Of a stretch of 64,000 nucleotides of DNA, positions 37,625 through 47,138 are shown in pieces (position 1 is the stretch's first letter; each line of letters begins with the position of its first letter). The notes beneath the pieces are model-generated. The model was not told the DNA's origin and did no database searches. It saw only the letters and a list, made by a program, of their open reading frames with translations. Source of the stretch: a bacterium (GTDB lineage: Bacteria; Hydrothermota; UBA3073; JACQXS01; JAGMCI01). The stretch covers positions 1,271-65,270 of the forward strand of contig JASEGA010000006.1 of the NCBI GenBank assembly GCA_030018315.1, given 5' to 3'. The translations under genes and the position numbers were made by a program.

Positions 37625-39391
37625 ATGAAAAGAGTGTATATTTTTATTCGCAGAATCCTGTGGATAAGTTTGCTTCTTATTTCTAACGTGATAGAGGCAA
37701 ACTCGAAAGGATTAGGTGATCCCAGCAAAGGGTTTGGTATGCTTAACCTTCAATTGAGGCAAATTTTTCAATCCGATAGGTTAGGATATGAGCCTGCCCC
37801 GACTTGTCGGGATTTGGCAATCTCACAGTATAAGGATGGCGATTATACTTTTAGCAAGAACATTCAGGTAAACGATGATCCAGCAGGTACAGCAGAGCAT
37901 TTCACAAAGATTGGAGGAGCTAATATCATTGTAGCACGTGGTGACACGCTATATATTGTGTGGTCAGATGCTCGTGAGGGTACAACTGGGTCACAGATTT
38001 ACTTTGCTAAAAGTATAAATGGTGGACAAAGTTTTCTACCAAATGTTAAAGTAGGCGATATGCCGCCAAATACAGCGATTATGTTTTTTCCTTCTATAGC
38101 AGTAGATGCTATTGGGAGAATCTATGTAGCATGGTCAGATTCAAGAAACTCATCAGGAGATACGGCTACTTTTGATATATATTTTGCAAAGAGTGATGAT
38201 GGTGGTTTGACTTTCAGCCAAAATAGATGTGTAACTGACACGAGTAGCAGAGAAATTCAGTATGGGGTGAGCATAGGAGTGGCTGGTGATAATGTTTACA
38301 TTGTATGGGCTGACGCGAGACACTGGGATGGTTCTGGTGACCCTAAATTTCATATCTATTCTGATAGAAGTAGAGATGGTGGACTCACATTTAGTAAAGA
38401 TATAAAAGTTGACGACTTTCCTGTTGACGTTCCGCCATACGGTGAGATTTTTCCATGTATTAATGTATTAGATGATACTGTATATGTTATATGGTCTCAC
38501 TTGAATTTAGATGCGTTGGAGTGCGACATTAGGCTTGACAAGAGCGTTGATGGTGGTGTGACATTTGGAACTGACATTAAGGTTACGGTATCTGGATTAG
38601 CGCAGATTTTCCCCTCTCTTACAATTGATAAGAATAGAGCCATCCACATAGCCTTTTATAATGTGAATCTTACAGGTCGCTGGCAGATTCTGTACGCAAA
38701 GAGTACAGATGGTGGTGCTTCATTTAGTCAAATTACGGAAGTTACAGATACAACATTTACTTATAATGGTATGAGTATAAATATAACTACTGATACAGAC
38801 TGCAACCCATATTGTGTGTGGGAAGACTTAAGAGAGTCACTGAACATTTCTCATCCATACTTTAGCTATAGCGATGATGGCGGTAATTCATTTAGCAAGA
38901 ATGTGCGAGTAGTGGATAAACCGGGTACAATAGGTGATGTTGACCAGTTTGGAGTTGGATTAGCAGTAGATGATAACAAAAATGTCTATGCAGTGTGGAG
39001 TGATAGACGCAACCATGCACAATGGTACGATATATATTTTGCTAAAGGAACACAAGCAGGAATAGAAGAGAGCCAAAGCTCAAAGCTCAACCCCGACCTT
39101 GTCGGGACAAAACTGGAAATCTATCCTACCCCATTTAGACAGACAACAAGTATCAGCTATCAATTGCCAGCAAGAGGTCGTATTTCACTAAAGGCTTACA
39201 ATTTAGCGGGTGGGTTAATTGAAGTACTGATAGATGATATAAGAGATTGTGGGACTCATACATTAGGATGGACTCCTGAAGGATTCTCAACTGGAGTATA
39301 TTTCTTGAGACTTGAGTTCTCTCCATTTTCACAAAAGGATGAGTTAGTCAATGACTTTGTAACCACAAAAAGGGTAGTGATACTGAAGTAA
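37625..39391 (+). CDS. BNR/Asp-box repeat (sialidase-like beta-propeller) protein with a T9SS C-terminal sorting domain
   Basis: Six or more S-x-D-G-G-x-T/S-F boxes (SINGGQSF, SDDGGLTF, SRDGGLTF, SVDGGVTF, STDGGASF, SDDGGNSF); C-terminal LEIYPTPFRQTTSISYQL... Confidence 0.75.
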   Translation: MKRVYIFIRRILWISLLLISNVIEANSKGLGDPSKGFGMLNLQLRQIFQSDRLGYEPAPTCRDLAISQYKDGDYTFSKNIQVNDDPAGTAEHFTKIGGANIIVARGDTLYIVWSDAREGTTGSQIYFAKSINGGQSFLPNVKVGDMPPNTAIMFFPSIAVDAIGRIYVAWSDSRNSSGDTATFDIYFAKSDDGGLTFSQNRCVTDTSSREIQYGVSIGVAGDNVYIVWADARHWDGSGDPKFHIYSDRSRDGGLTFSKDIKVDDFPVDVPPYGEIFPCINVLDDTVYVIWSHLNLDALECDIRLDKSVDGGVTFGTDIKVTVSGLAQIFPSLTIDKNRAIHIAFYNVNLTGRWQILYAKSTDGGASFSQITEVTDTTFTYNGMSINITTDTDCNPYCVWEDLRESLNISHPYFSYSDDGGNSFSKNVRVVDKPGTIGDVDQFGVGLAVDDNKNVYAVWSDRRNHAQWYDIYFAKGTQAGIEESQSSKLNPDLVGTKLEIYPTPFRQTTSISYQLPARGRISLKAYNLAGGLIEVLIDDIRDCGTHTLGWTPEGFSTGVYFLRLEFSPFSQKDELVNDFVTTKRVVILK

Positions 39392-39475
39392 AAGATACTT
39401 GAGGAGTAGCGAAAGTTTTTTAAACTCAATTTTTGTTATAAAGTTTACACAATCAAAAGTTTAGAAATTTAATAG

Positions 39476-40111
39476 GTGAGTAGTATACTATTTACAGTTT
39501 CCTTTATTATTTTACAAAGTGGTGCACAAAATCCAAATATATCCATCGTTATTACACAATCTAAAAAGGAAGTATTTGTTAATCTTGAAATAGATAATTT
39601 ATTCACTTATGAGATACTTGAGGGTATAAACAGAGGGTTTACTTCCTGCATTGAGTATACAGTGGATTTGTGGTGGGATAGAGCCCTATGGCTTGACCAG
39701 CTGATACAGCGAAAGGAGTTTGCTTTTTTTATAAATTATAACCTGTGGGATAAAGAATACAAGGTAACGGATATTTATGGAGCCATTAATAGGTTTACTA
39801 ATTTTACTGATGTATTGGATAAAGTATGTGTGCAACCCAATGTCAATATTTGTGCAACTAATATATTGGACATTAATAAGACTTATTATGTAGCAGCAAG
39901 AATTGTCCTAAAGCCTTTGGTGACCGAAGACTTAAATGAGATGCTTAGTTATGCGATGGGTGAAATACGGGAAGCAAGAAAAAAGGAGAAGACGAGTCTA
40001 TTTACATACCTTATAGGACAGGCGAGAAATTTTGTAGGCTTAGGAGATAAAGTAATTACGGGAAAAAGTGAACCAATCAAAGTAACTCAAGAAGAGAAAC
40101 ATAGTAACTAA
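39476..40111 (+). CDS. hypothetical secreted protein
   Basis: 211 aa with an N-terminal hydrophobic segment; no catalytic motif recognised. Confidence 0.35.
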   Translation: MSSILFTVSFIILQSGAQNPNISIVITQSKKEVFVNLEIDNLFTYEILEGINRGFTSCIEYTVDLWWDRALWLDQLIQRKEFAFFINYNLWDKEYKVTDIYGAINRFTNFTDVLDKVCVQPNVNICATNILDINKTYYVAARIVLKPLVTEDLNEMLSYAMGEIREARKKEKTSLFTYLIGQARNFVGLGDKVITGKSEPIKVTQEEKHSN

Positions 40112-40360
40112 AAGGCAGAGACAAACCCTGCCTCTACATTCCTGTCTGCCGACAGGCAGGGCGGAAATAAACGGTAACTGACTACTCCTTCGTAATCCAA
40201 TTTTAAAACAAGAAAGCTATTTCCAAATATAGACTTATGAGACTGTCCGATAATTTAAAGATTGCTACTAAAATGGTAGTTATCCCGATAAAATCGGGAA
40301 CCCGCATAAAATATGGTGGTCAGGAGACCACCATATTTGAAGGAGGAACTAAAACCTATT

Positions 40361-40415
40361 GAGATGCTTCACAGAGCCTGCCCTGAGCCAATCCGCCTGA
40401 GGCGGAGAAGGGTTC
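40361..40415. repeat. family-B element copy in a convergent intergenic region
   Basis: gagatgcttcacagagcctgccctgagccaatccgcctgaggcggagaagggttcag, including the CCGCC-TGA-GGCGG hairpin. Confidence 0.7.
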
Positions 40416-40419
40416 AGTA

Positions 40420-40650
40420 TTAAACTATTATAGAAGTAGTTGTAGAACGCACACCGTCTATCTCATGTATCTTTTCGGCAACTACTTCACCAAGTTTTAA
40501 TAGGTCATCAGCTTGCACGCGGACTATTACATCATAATATCCTGTAACTATATGAGCTTCTTTTACATCAGGAAGCTTCTTCACCTTTTCTAAAACCTTA
40601 TCAACTTTTCCTGCATCCGTGTTTATAAACACATAAGCTGATATTGCCAT
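40420..40650 (-). CDS. stand-alone Lrp/AsnC-type RAM (ligand-binding) domain protein
   Basis: 76 aa; beta-alpha-beta-beta-alpha-beta ACT-like pattern (VFINTDAGKVDKV...HIVTGYYDVIVRV). Confidence 0.65.
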   Translation of the reverse strand: MAISAYVFINTDAGKVDKVLEKVKKLPDVKEAHIVTGYYDVIVRVQADDLLKLGEVVAEKIHEIDGVRSTTTSIIV

Positions 40651-40718
40651 TTCTTACCTTTTTCTTGCTATGTATATTTACATTATAAAAAGAATAACTA
40701 TTTTGTCAAGGAAAAAGG

Positions 40719-40747
40719 TTGACAATGTTTAAAATCTTAATTAGAAT
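40719..40747 (+). promoter_or_regulatory. sigma70 promoter TTGACA-17-TAGAAT for the acyl-CoA dehydrogenase operon
   Basis: TTGACA at 40719-40724, TAGAAT at 40742-40747; AAGAGGA RBS; ATG at 40757. Confidence 0.6.
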
Positions 40748-40756
40748 AAGAGGACA

Positions 40757-41872
40757 ATGGAGCTAACTCAGGAACAAAAGCTTATCCAAGATATGGTAAG
40801 AAAATTTGCATCATCTGAACTACTCCCAGTAGTAGCAGAACTTGACAAAAGTGCTACTTATCCACATGAGATAATTAAAAAGCTTGCCGAACTCGGCTTC
40901 CTTGGAATAACTATACCTGAAAAGTACGGTGGTGCTAATCTTGATACGGTCAGTTACTGTATAATTATTGAGGAATTGTCAAGAATTTTTGGCTCAATTG
41001 GGACAATCCTTATAGTAAATAATGCACTTGTAGCTTATCCTATCCTTAAGTATGGCAATGAAGGACAAAAGAGTCAATGGCTTACTCCACTTGCAAAAGG
41101 TGATATTATAGGCGCATTTGCAATTACAGAGGGGACAGGTTTTAACTTCTCTGATATAGAAACTAAAGCAACTAAAATTAATAATGGATATGGAATTTCA
41201 GGCAAAAAGGATTTTATCCCAAATGCTGAGGCTGCAAAGCTATTTGTCATATTTGCGAATACTGAAAATGGGGTAACTGCTTTCCTTGTTGATAGGGAGA
41301 GTGCAGGACTTAAGGTAACTGAAAAAGAAGATACACTCGGTATAAGGTCAGCCGGTATATGTAATTTAGAATTCAATGAACTTAAAGTTAGTGCCAATGC
41401 TATACTTGGCAAGGAAGGCGATGGCTTAAAGATAAGCGAAGAAGCAATTAATCTTGCAAGTATTGGAACAGGGGCACAAGCAGTAGGAATTGGACAGGCA
41501 GCACTTGATGACTCTATAAAATATTCTAAAGAACGACACCAGTTTGGTCGTCCAATATGTGAGTTCCAACTCGTCCAGGATATGCTTATAGAGATGAAAA
41601 TAAAGGTAGAGGCTGCAAGGCTACTCGTATACGATACTGCTATTAAATGTGACTCAGGTAGTAGCTTTGGACAAGATGCCGCTATTGCAAAATTATTTGC
41701 TACAGATGCAGCTATGGTTGCAGGAATCAAGTCAATACAGGTATATGGTGGTTATGGATATACAAAGGATTACCCAGTAGAACGATACTTTAGGGATGCA
41801 AAGGTTATACAAGTATGGGGTGAGTCTTCAATAGCACAAAAGATTAAAATAGCAAAAGCATTGCTAGAATAA
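40757..41872 (+). CDS. acyl-CoA dehydrogenase family protein (divergent paralog)
   Basis: 371 aa; ACAD fold with atypical active-site-region motifs (FAITEGTGFNFSD in place of EPGAGSD; VWGESSIAQ). Confidence 0.8.
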   Translation: MELTQEQKLIQDMVRKFASSELLPVVAELDKSATYPHEIIKKLAELGFLGITIPEKYGGANLDTVSYCIIIEELSRIFGSIGTILIVNNALVAYPILKYGNEGQKSQWLTPLAKGDIIGAFAITEGTGFNFSDIETKATKINNGYGISGKKDFIPNAEAAKLFVIFANTENGVTAFLVDRESAGLKVTEKEDTLGIRSAGICNLEFNELKVSANAILGKEGDGLKISEEAINLASIGTGAQAVGIGQAALDDSIKYSKERHQFGRPICEFQLVQDMLIEMKIKVEAARLLVYDTAIKCDSGSSFGQDAAIAKLFATDAAMVAGIKSIQVYGGYGYTKDYPVERYFRDAKVIQVWGESSIAQKIKIAKALLE

Positions 41873-42049
41873 AAATCAAATTGATTTTTGATTTTGAGGG
41901 ACGGGTAGTCCTGTTATATTATCACGATACTCAGTAGACACCATAAAGAGTTCCAAGAAAAAGTAAGAAGATTTGCTCAAGAGGAATTAGCCCCAAGAGC
42001 ACAAGAAATTGATAAAAAAGGAGAATTTCAGTTTGATATTTTTAAGCGG

Positions 42050-43078
42050 ATGGCTGAATTAAACCTTTTAGGGATACCTATTCCTAAAAAGTATGGTGGT
42101 GCAGGGCTTGACACACTTTCTTATACTATTGCTGTAGAAGAGGTAGGACGTGTCTGTGGCTCTACAGGGATAACACTTGCTGCTCATACATCACTTGGCT
42201 GTTATCCAATTTATATTGCTGGAAATGAAGGCCAGAAGAAGAAATGGCTTATCCCATTAGCAAAGGGTGAAAAGATAGGCTCATTTGGACTTACTGAGCC
42301 AAATGCAGGCTCAGATGCTGCTGCTACTGAAACTACTGCAAAACTTGAGGGTAACAAATACATAATAAATGGGACTAAAAGATTCATAACATCGGGTGCG
42401 ATAGCAGATATAATAGTATTTACTGCTACACAGGACCGCTCAAAAGGAGTGCACGGTATATCTGCATTTGTAGTTGAGAAAGGGACACCCGGATTCTCAG
42501 CAGGTAAAGAAGAGGATAAACTTGGGCTACGTGGCTCAGTTACTTCTGAACTTATATTTGAAGATTGTGCAATTCCGTGTAAAAACTTGCTCGGTAAAGA
42601 GGGTGATGGCTTCAAAATATTTATGCAAACACTTGATGGCGGTAGAATATCAATAGGCGCACTTGGAATTGCACAGGGAGCGCTTGATGCCTGCATTGAA
42701 TATGTGAAAGAAAGTAAGCCCTCTAACCTGCCTAGCCAAGTCAAGGTGGGTAAACCACTGTATAAATCACAATTCGTTCGAGGTAGAATAGCTGATATGG
42801 TAACAGAGATTGAGGCGGCACGTGGTCTAATTTACAATGCAGCTATACTTAAAGACAGCGGGAAACCGTATACTAAAGAAGCGGCTATGTCGAAACTATA
42901 CGCATCAGAGGTTGGGATGAGAGCTACAACTATGGCAGTTGAGTTACATGGGATAATGGGACTTACAAAGAAATACGAAGTAGAGCGATTTATGCGAGAT
43001 GTTAAGCTTATGGAGATTGGAGAAGGGACATCTGAAATACAGCGTGTAGTCATTGCAAGAGAAATACTGGGTAAATGA
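42050..43078 (+). CDS. acyl-CoA dehydrogenase (the conserved N-terminus extends upstream to ~41909 without a canonical start codon)
   Basis: The frame is open and homologous from 41909 (…HHKEFQEKVRRFAQEELAPRAQEIDKKGEFQF…), with no ATG/GTG/TTG before 42050. EPNAGSD and YEGTSEIQ-like motifs are present. Confidence 0.85.
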   Translation: MAELNLLGIPIPKKYGGAGLDTLSYTIAVEEVGRVCGSTGITLAAHTSLGCYPIYIAGNEGQKKKWLIPLAKGEKIGSFGLTEPNAGSDAAATETTAKLEGNKYIINGTKRFITSGAIADIIVFTATQDRSKGVHGISAFVVEKGTPGFSAGKEEDKLGLRGSVTSELIFEDCAIPCKNLLGKEGDGFKIFMQTLDGGRISIGALGIAQGALDACIEYVKESKPSNLPSQVKVGKPLYKSQFVRGRIADMVTEIEAARGLIYNAAILKDSGKPYTKEAAMSKLYASEVGMRATTMAVELHGIMGLTKKYEVERFMRDVKLMEIGEGTSEIQRVVIAREILGK

Positions 43079-43090
43079 AAAGGGGGGAAG

Positions 43091-44233
43091 ATGAATTTTG
43101 ATTTAACTGCTGACCAGAAGATGCTACAGGAGACAGTGAGAAAGTTTGCTAAGACAGAACTTGAGCCTGTAGCAGCTGAACTGGACAAGACACAGGAGTT
43201 TCCGTGGCTGAATATTAAGAAGCTTGCTAAACTTGGGCTACTTGGTGTGATAGTGCCAGAAAAGTATGGGGGTGCAGGATTTGACTTTGTATCTCTTGCA
43301 ATAGCGATTGAAGAGATATCAAGAGTTTGTGCCACTACAGGCGTGATTGTAGCAGTCAATAACTCACTTACTGCGTATCCTATTTATCAATTTGGGAATG
43401 AAGAACAAAGAAATAAGTGGCTACCCCCACTATGCAAAGGTGAAAAACTTGGTGCTATCGGGATAACTGAGCCAAATGCAGGCTCTGATGTTGCGAGTAT
43501 GGAGTCAACTGCAAGACTTGACGGCAATTCCTATATACTTAATGGGACAAAGAGATTCATTACAAATGCAGGTGAGGCAGGTATATTTGTTGTCTTTGCG
43601 TATACTAATAAAGAAATGAAACACAAAGGAATAAGTGCATTTGTAGTTGAACGGGATACACCAGGATTTACACTCGGAAAGCACGAAGACCTTATGGGTA
43701 TACGAGCAACTGCTAACTGTGAACTTATCTTTGAAGATGCTAAGATACCAAAAGAAAACTTACTTGGTAAAGAAGGTAATGGCTTCAAGATATGTATGCA
43801 TACACTTGATGTGTCAAGAATAGACATAGGAGCGCAAGCAGTAGGCATAGCTCAAGGTGCGCTTGATTCAGCACTGAGCTATTCAAAAGAGCGTAGGGCT
43901 TTTGGTCAGCCAATATGTGAGTTTGAGATGGTCCAGTCAATGCTTGCTGATATGGCAACACAGATACAGGCGGCAAGGTTACTTGTGTATTATGCGGGCT
44001 TCTGTAAAGATAAAGGGATGCCAAGATTCTCAAAAGAAGCCTCTATGGCAAAATGGTTTGCATCTGAGGCTGCAGTGAATGTCACAAGAAAGGCAGTCCA
44101 AATCTATGGCGGCTATGGATATACTAAAGATTATCCGGTAGAGCGATACTATCGTGATGCTAAGATACTTGAGCTTTATGAAGGGACATCAGAGATACAA
44201 AAGATAGTGATTGCAAGAGACTTGTTAAAATAA
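43091..44233 (+). CDS. acyl-CoA dehydrogenase (short/branched-chain type)
   Basis: 380 aa; MNFDLTADQKMLQETVRKFA...; TEPNAGSDVASM; LYEGTSEIQKIVIARDLLK. Confidence 0.9.
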   Translation: MNFDLTADQKMLQETVRKFAKTELEPVAAELDKTQEFPWLNIKKLAKLGLLGVIVPEKYGGAGFDFVSLAIAIEEISRVCATTGVIVAVNNSLTAYPIYQFGNEEQRNKWLPPLCKGEKLGAIGITEPNAGSDVASMESTARLDGNSYILNGTKRFITNAGEAGIFVVFAYTNKEMKHKGISAFVVERDTPGFTLGKHEDLMGIRATANCELIFEDAKIPKENLLGKEGNGFKICMHTLDVSRIDIGAQAVGIAQGALDSALSYSKERRAFGQPICEFEMVQSMLADMATQIQAARLLVYYAGFCKDKGMPRFSKEASMAKWFASEAAVNVTRKAVQIYGGYGYTKDYPVERYYRDAKILELYEGTSEIQKIVIARDLLK

Positions 44234-44297
44234 AGCAGTTGTTAGAAGAGAGAGAAATTGAGCAGCTTAAATATCTTCTGAAATTTTAGAGAAGAAA

Positions 44298-44340
44298 CGT
44301 TTAGAGGCAGGTCTCCTGACCTGCCTCTAAACGAAAATTT
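44298..44340 (+). terminator. rho-independent terminator candidate (14-bp perfect stem)
   Basis: CGTTTAGAGGCAGG-TCTCCTGA-CCTGCCTCTAAACG followed by AAAATTTT. Confidence 0.55.
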
Positions 44341-44430
44341 TGGTTGGGAGACCAAAAACTACCCAAGTAGATTAAAGGAGGTGATGTGTATAATTGGATA
44401 ATAGAAGTTGCTGTGGCATAGAGGCAATGG

Positions 44431-44453
44431 TAGGGCAAGGCTTTAGCCTTGCA
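44431..44453. repeat. family-D palindromic 23-mer, intergenic copy
   Basis: Exact match to 34576-34598. Confidence 0.75.
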
Positions 44454-44479
44454 GGAGTAAGATAAGTACGAAAAGTGGA

Positions 44480-45774
44480 GTGTCCCACCGTAATGGGACA
44501 GAGAATAGACTTGATGCCCCGCACAAGATCAACTATCAAGGCTGGCTTGCAAATGCAGAGGATACTGCTGGGGTGACAGGTAGTTTTGATATGGTGTTTA
44601 GACTATATAATGTACCAACAGGAGGCAGCTCTTTATGGGAGGGAACACAAACCAGTGTTGTAGTGGATAAGGGGATATTCAATGTATATCTTGGAAATGT
44701 TAATCCTATACCTGCAACTCTATTCACTGGAGTACCCTTTATCTTCAGATTCAGGTGGGGAGTGAAGTTCTATCTCCAAGGAAGAAGTTAGTCTCTGTTG
44801 GCTATGCAATGAAAGCAAAGAATGCTAATAATGCTATCTATGCAGATACTGCTAATTATGCACAAAACTTGATTGGTAAAGTCTCATATGCTGATTCAGC
44901 TGGACACATTGTACCACCTGATTCTGTAATCGGAGTAGTATCCAATAATGCACTACTTTACATCAGAAATGACGGTATGGGAGGGTATGGACTCAAGATA
45001 CGTGCCTCATCGGAGGGCATCCATATAGATTCTACATATTATGGAGTTTATATTTACAGTCCAGTATTTGGGGTCAAGATTGATATGCCAATTTACGATG
45101 GTCTCTGTATTGACCAAGCAGGCAACAATGGAGTCTGGATTAATGGAGCGGGTGGAGATGGGGTTTATGCTGTGGCAACACAGCGTGGAGGATATTTTTA
45201 TAACAATAGCACTGGAACAAACTATCCTACTCTTTGGGTTAGAAATGCATACAATAGTACAAGCAGTGAAAGAATTGCTAACTTCTATGCAGGAGTACCA
45301 GAAAAACTAAGATTCTATTTCCAGGGAGATGGTAATGCTTATGCAGATGTTGGATGGAATACATTCAAGAAAAACTCTAAAGGGAGTTATGAATCATACT
45401 CAGCAGTTGAGTCGCAATATAAAGAACTTATAGCTCATAGGACTGGTAAACTTGTAAATGGTGAAGCTTATGTTAAATTTGATGCCTCATTTGCTGAATT
45501 TGTATCTGCTCAATTACCAATTGAGATTACACTGACTCCAGTTGGTTCTTATAGTGGACTATATGTTGTGGAGAAGGATAAATATGGCTTTACTGTCAAG
45601 TCAGGTGCAGGTGATAATAATTGTGAATTTTCATACCTTGCTATTGGGAGAGAGAAAGGCTGCGAACAAAGAGCAGTGGTTGGTAACATTGATGAAGAGG
45701 AGAGACAGGCTCAACTTATGGATGAAATGAAGAGAGCTGAGCATGAGAGGAGGATGGAGTCAAAGAAATATTAA
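44480..45774 (+). CDS. tail-fibre-like surface protein, with an apparent 1-bp frameshift in a C-run (44735-44737)
   Basis: The track splits it into 44480-44791 and 44755-45774. A CCCC in place of CCC gives ...TGVPLYLQIQVGSEVLSPRKKLVSVGYAMKA..., the motif (W)LEI.V...LSPR.KL.SVPYA typical of tail-fibre-domain proteins. Confidence 0.5.
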
Positions 45775-45825
45775 GACATCCTAAATCTATGTAATATTGA
45801 ACAAGCTGGCTTCTACTCGTATCCA

Positions 45826-46170
45826 ATGGGACCTGTTGTTAGTATAGAAGAAACTGAATTATTTAACCCAATCCCAAAGGTATTCAGCTTATCACAGAAC
45901 TGGCCTAATCCAACAACCGGGCTCACAACCATCAGATATGGACTTCCAAAAGAGGTATCACCTCAAGATAGCTATGTAGATATCAGAATATACGACATTA
46001 GTGGCAGAGTGGTAAGAAGATTAGTAAATGGTTTCCAGCCTGCCGGCTACTATACTATCAACTGGGATGGCAAGGATGATGAAGGTAAATCGCTACCGTC
46101 TGGCATGTATTTTTACCATCTTGAATCCGATGGTTATACGGCAGCTAGAGTACTCGTCCTGATGAGATAA
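45826..46170 (+). CDS. T9SS C-terminal sorting domain, in the same frame as the tail-fibre-like ORF and separated from it by a single TAA
   Basis: NWPNPTTGLTTIRYGLP...YDISGRVVRRLV...GMYFYHLESDGYTAARVLVLMR. Only 16 sense codons lie between the TAA at 45775 and this ATG. Confidence 0.5.
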   Translation: MGPVVSIEETELFNPIPKVFSLSQNWPNPTTGLTTIRYGLPKEVSPQDSYVDIRIYDISGRVVRRLVNGFQPAGYYTINWDGKDDEGKSLPSGMYFYHLESDGYTAARVLVLMR

Positions 46171-46195
46171 GATGTAATTCACACTAAATGTAGGA

Positions 46196-46217
46196 GCAAC
46201 CCTTGCGGTTGTTTTTT
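46196..46217 (+). terminator. rho-independent terminator candidate
   Basis: CAACC-TTGC-GGTTG followed by a T6 run. Confidence 0.55.
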
Positions 46218-46316
46218 GGAGTGCAAAATCGGTGATTTTGCAACAACACCGTTGTTGCATTCCATATTAAAAAATCATATTTTTGACAGTACTCATTTTA
46301 TATCTGGAGGTGAAAC

Positions 46317-46808
46317 ATGGGTGATAAATTTAAATCACGCACGTTTTGGCGAGAAAAATTAGAAAAAGAACTCCCAAGTCACGGTAAATTAGTTGATATT
46401 CCGCCAAAGATGCAAAAAAGATTTGGTATAGGTAAAATGCTTATCCCTAAGCCTCTTGATGTAGATGCTCTAATACGCAAGATTCCGGAAGGAAAGCTTG
46501 TCACAGTAGAGCAAATTAGAGAGCGGTTAGCTAAGGATTATCATGCTGATACTACTTGTCCACTGACAACTGGAATTTTTATCAGGATAGCAGCTGAGAC
46601 ATCGGAAGAAGACCTAATAAATGGAGAGAAAAAAATAACACCGTATTGGCGGGTAATCAAGAGAGATGGTAGCCTAAATGAAAAATTACCCGGTGGCATA
46701 GAGGCACAAGCGACGCGTTTAAGGCGGGAAGGACACTTAATTGAACCGGGAAGGGGAAAGAAGCCGCCTAAGGTGAGAGATTTTGAAAAATATTTGCAAA
46801 AGCTGTAA
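46317..46808 (+). CDS. hypothetical protein; the C-terminal half faintly resembles the MGMT/ATL DNA-binding domain but lacks the catalytic Cys
   Basis: ITPYWRVIKRDGSL is reminiscent of the P(C/W)HRV motif of alkyltransferase-like proteins; weak. Confidence 0.3.
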   Translation: MGDKFKSRTFWREKLEKELPSHGKLVDIPPKMQKRFGIGKMLIPKPLDVDALIRKIPEGKLVTVEQIRERLAKDYHADTTCPLTTGIFIRIAAETSEEDLINGEKKITPYWRVIKRDGSLNEKLPGGIEAQATRLRREGHLIEPGRGKKPPKVRDFEKYLQKL

Positions 46809-46840
46809 TTAGTAATCAGTCTATTTTCCTGTCCCCAATT

Positions 46841-47080
46841 TTATCTCTTCCCATAAATAAATATAAGCCATGATAGTGTAACCACACACCAAATAATGAA
46901 AATACTAAACATCCCTCCTCTTATTAAACCATCCAAAAACCCTACAAAGAAAATCATACCTAAAAGAATTACGACGCATACTGCCAAGAATACCCTCATT
47001 TCTACTATAAGTTTATTTAAGATATTTTTATAATCCATGCCCTTTGAAAAGTCAAGCAAAAAGTAGTTGTGTGGTGCCAA
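46841..47080 (-). CDS. small hydrophobic membrane protein (hypothetical)
   Basis: 79 aa with two predicted TM helices. Confidence 0.3.
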   Translation of the reverse strand: MAPHNYFLLDFSKGMDYKNILNKLIVEMRVFLAVCVVILLGMIFFVGFLDGLIRGGMFSIFIIWCVVTLSWLIFIYGKR

Positions 47081-47089
47081 AATTATTTA

Positions 47090-47118
47090 TTGACTTTTTA
47101 TTGGTATTTTGTTATAAT
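47090..47118 (+). promoter_or_regulatory. sigma70 promoter TTGACT-17-TATAAT for the etfBA operon
   Basis: TTGACT at 47090-47095; a perfect TATAAT at 47113-47118; ATG at 47139. Confidence 0.65.
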
Positions 47119-47138
47119 ACACACAATTGTTAGGGTGA

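Noticed and set aside
41074-43848. Minus-strand ORFs (41074-41730, 42211-42744, 42832-43359, 43531-43848) inside the ACAD genes
   Set aside because: Ser/Pro-rich antisense translations of strongly supported ACAD coding sequence.
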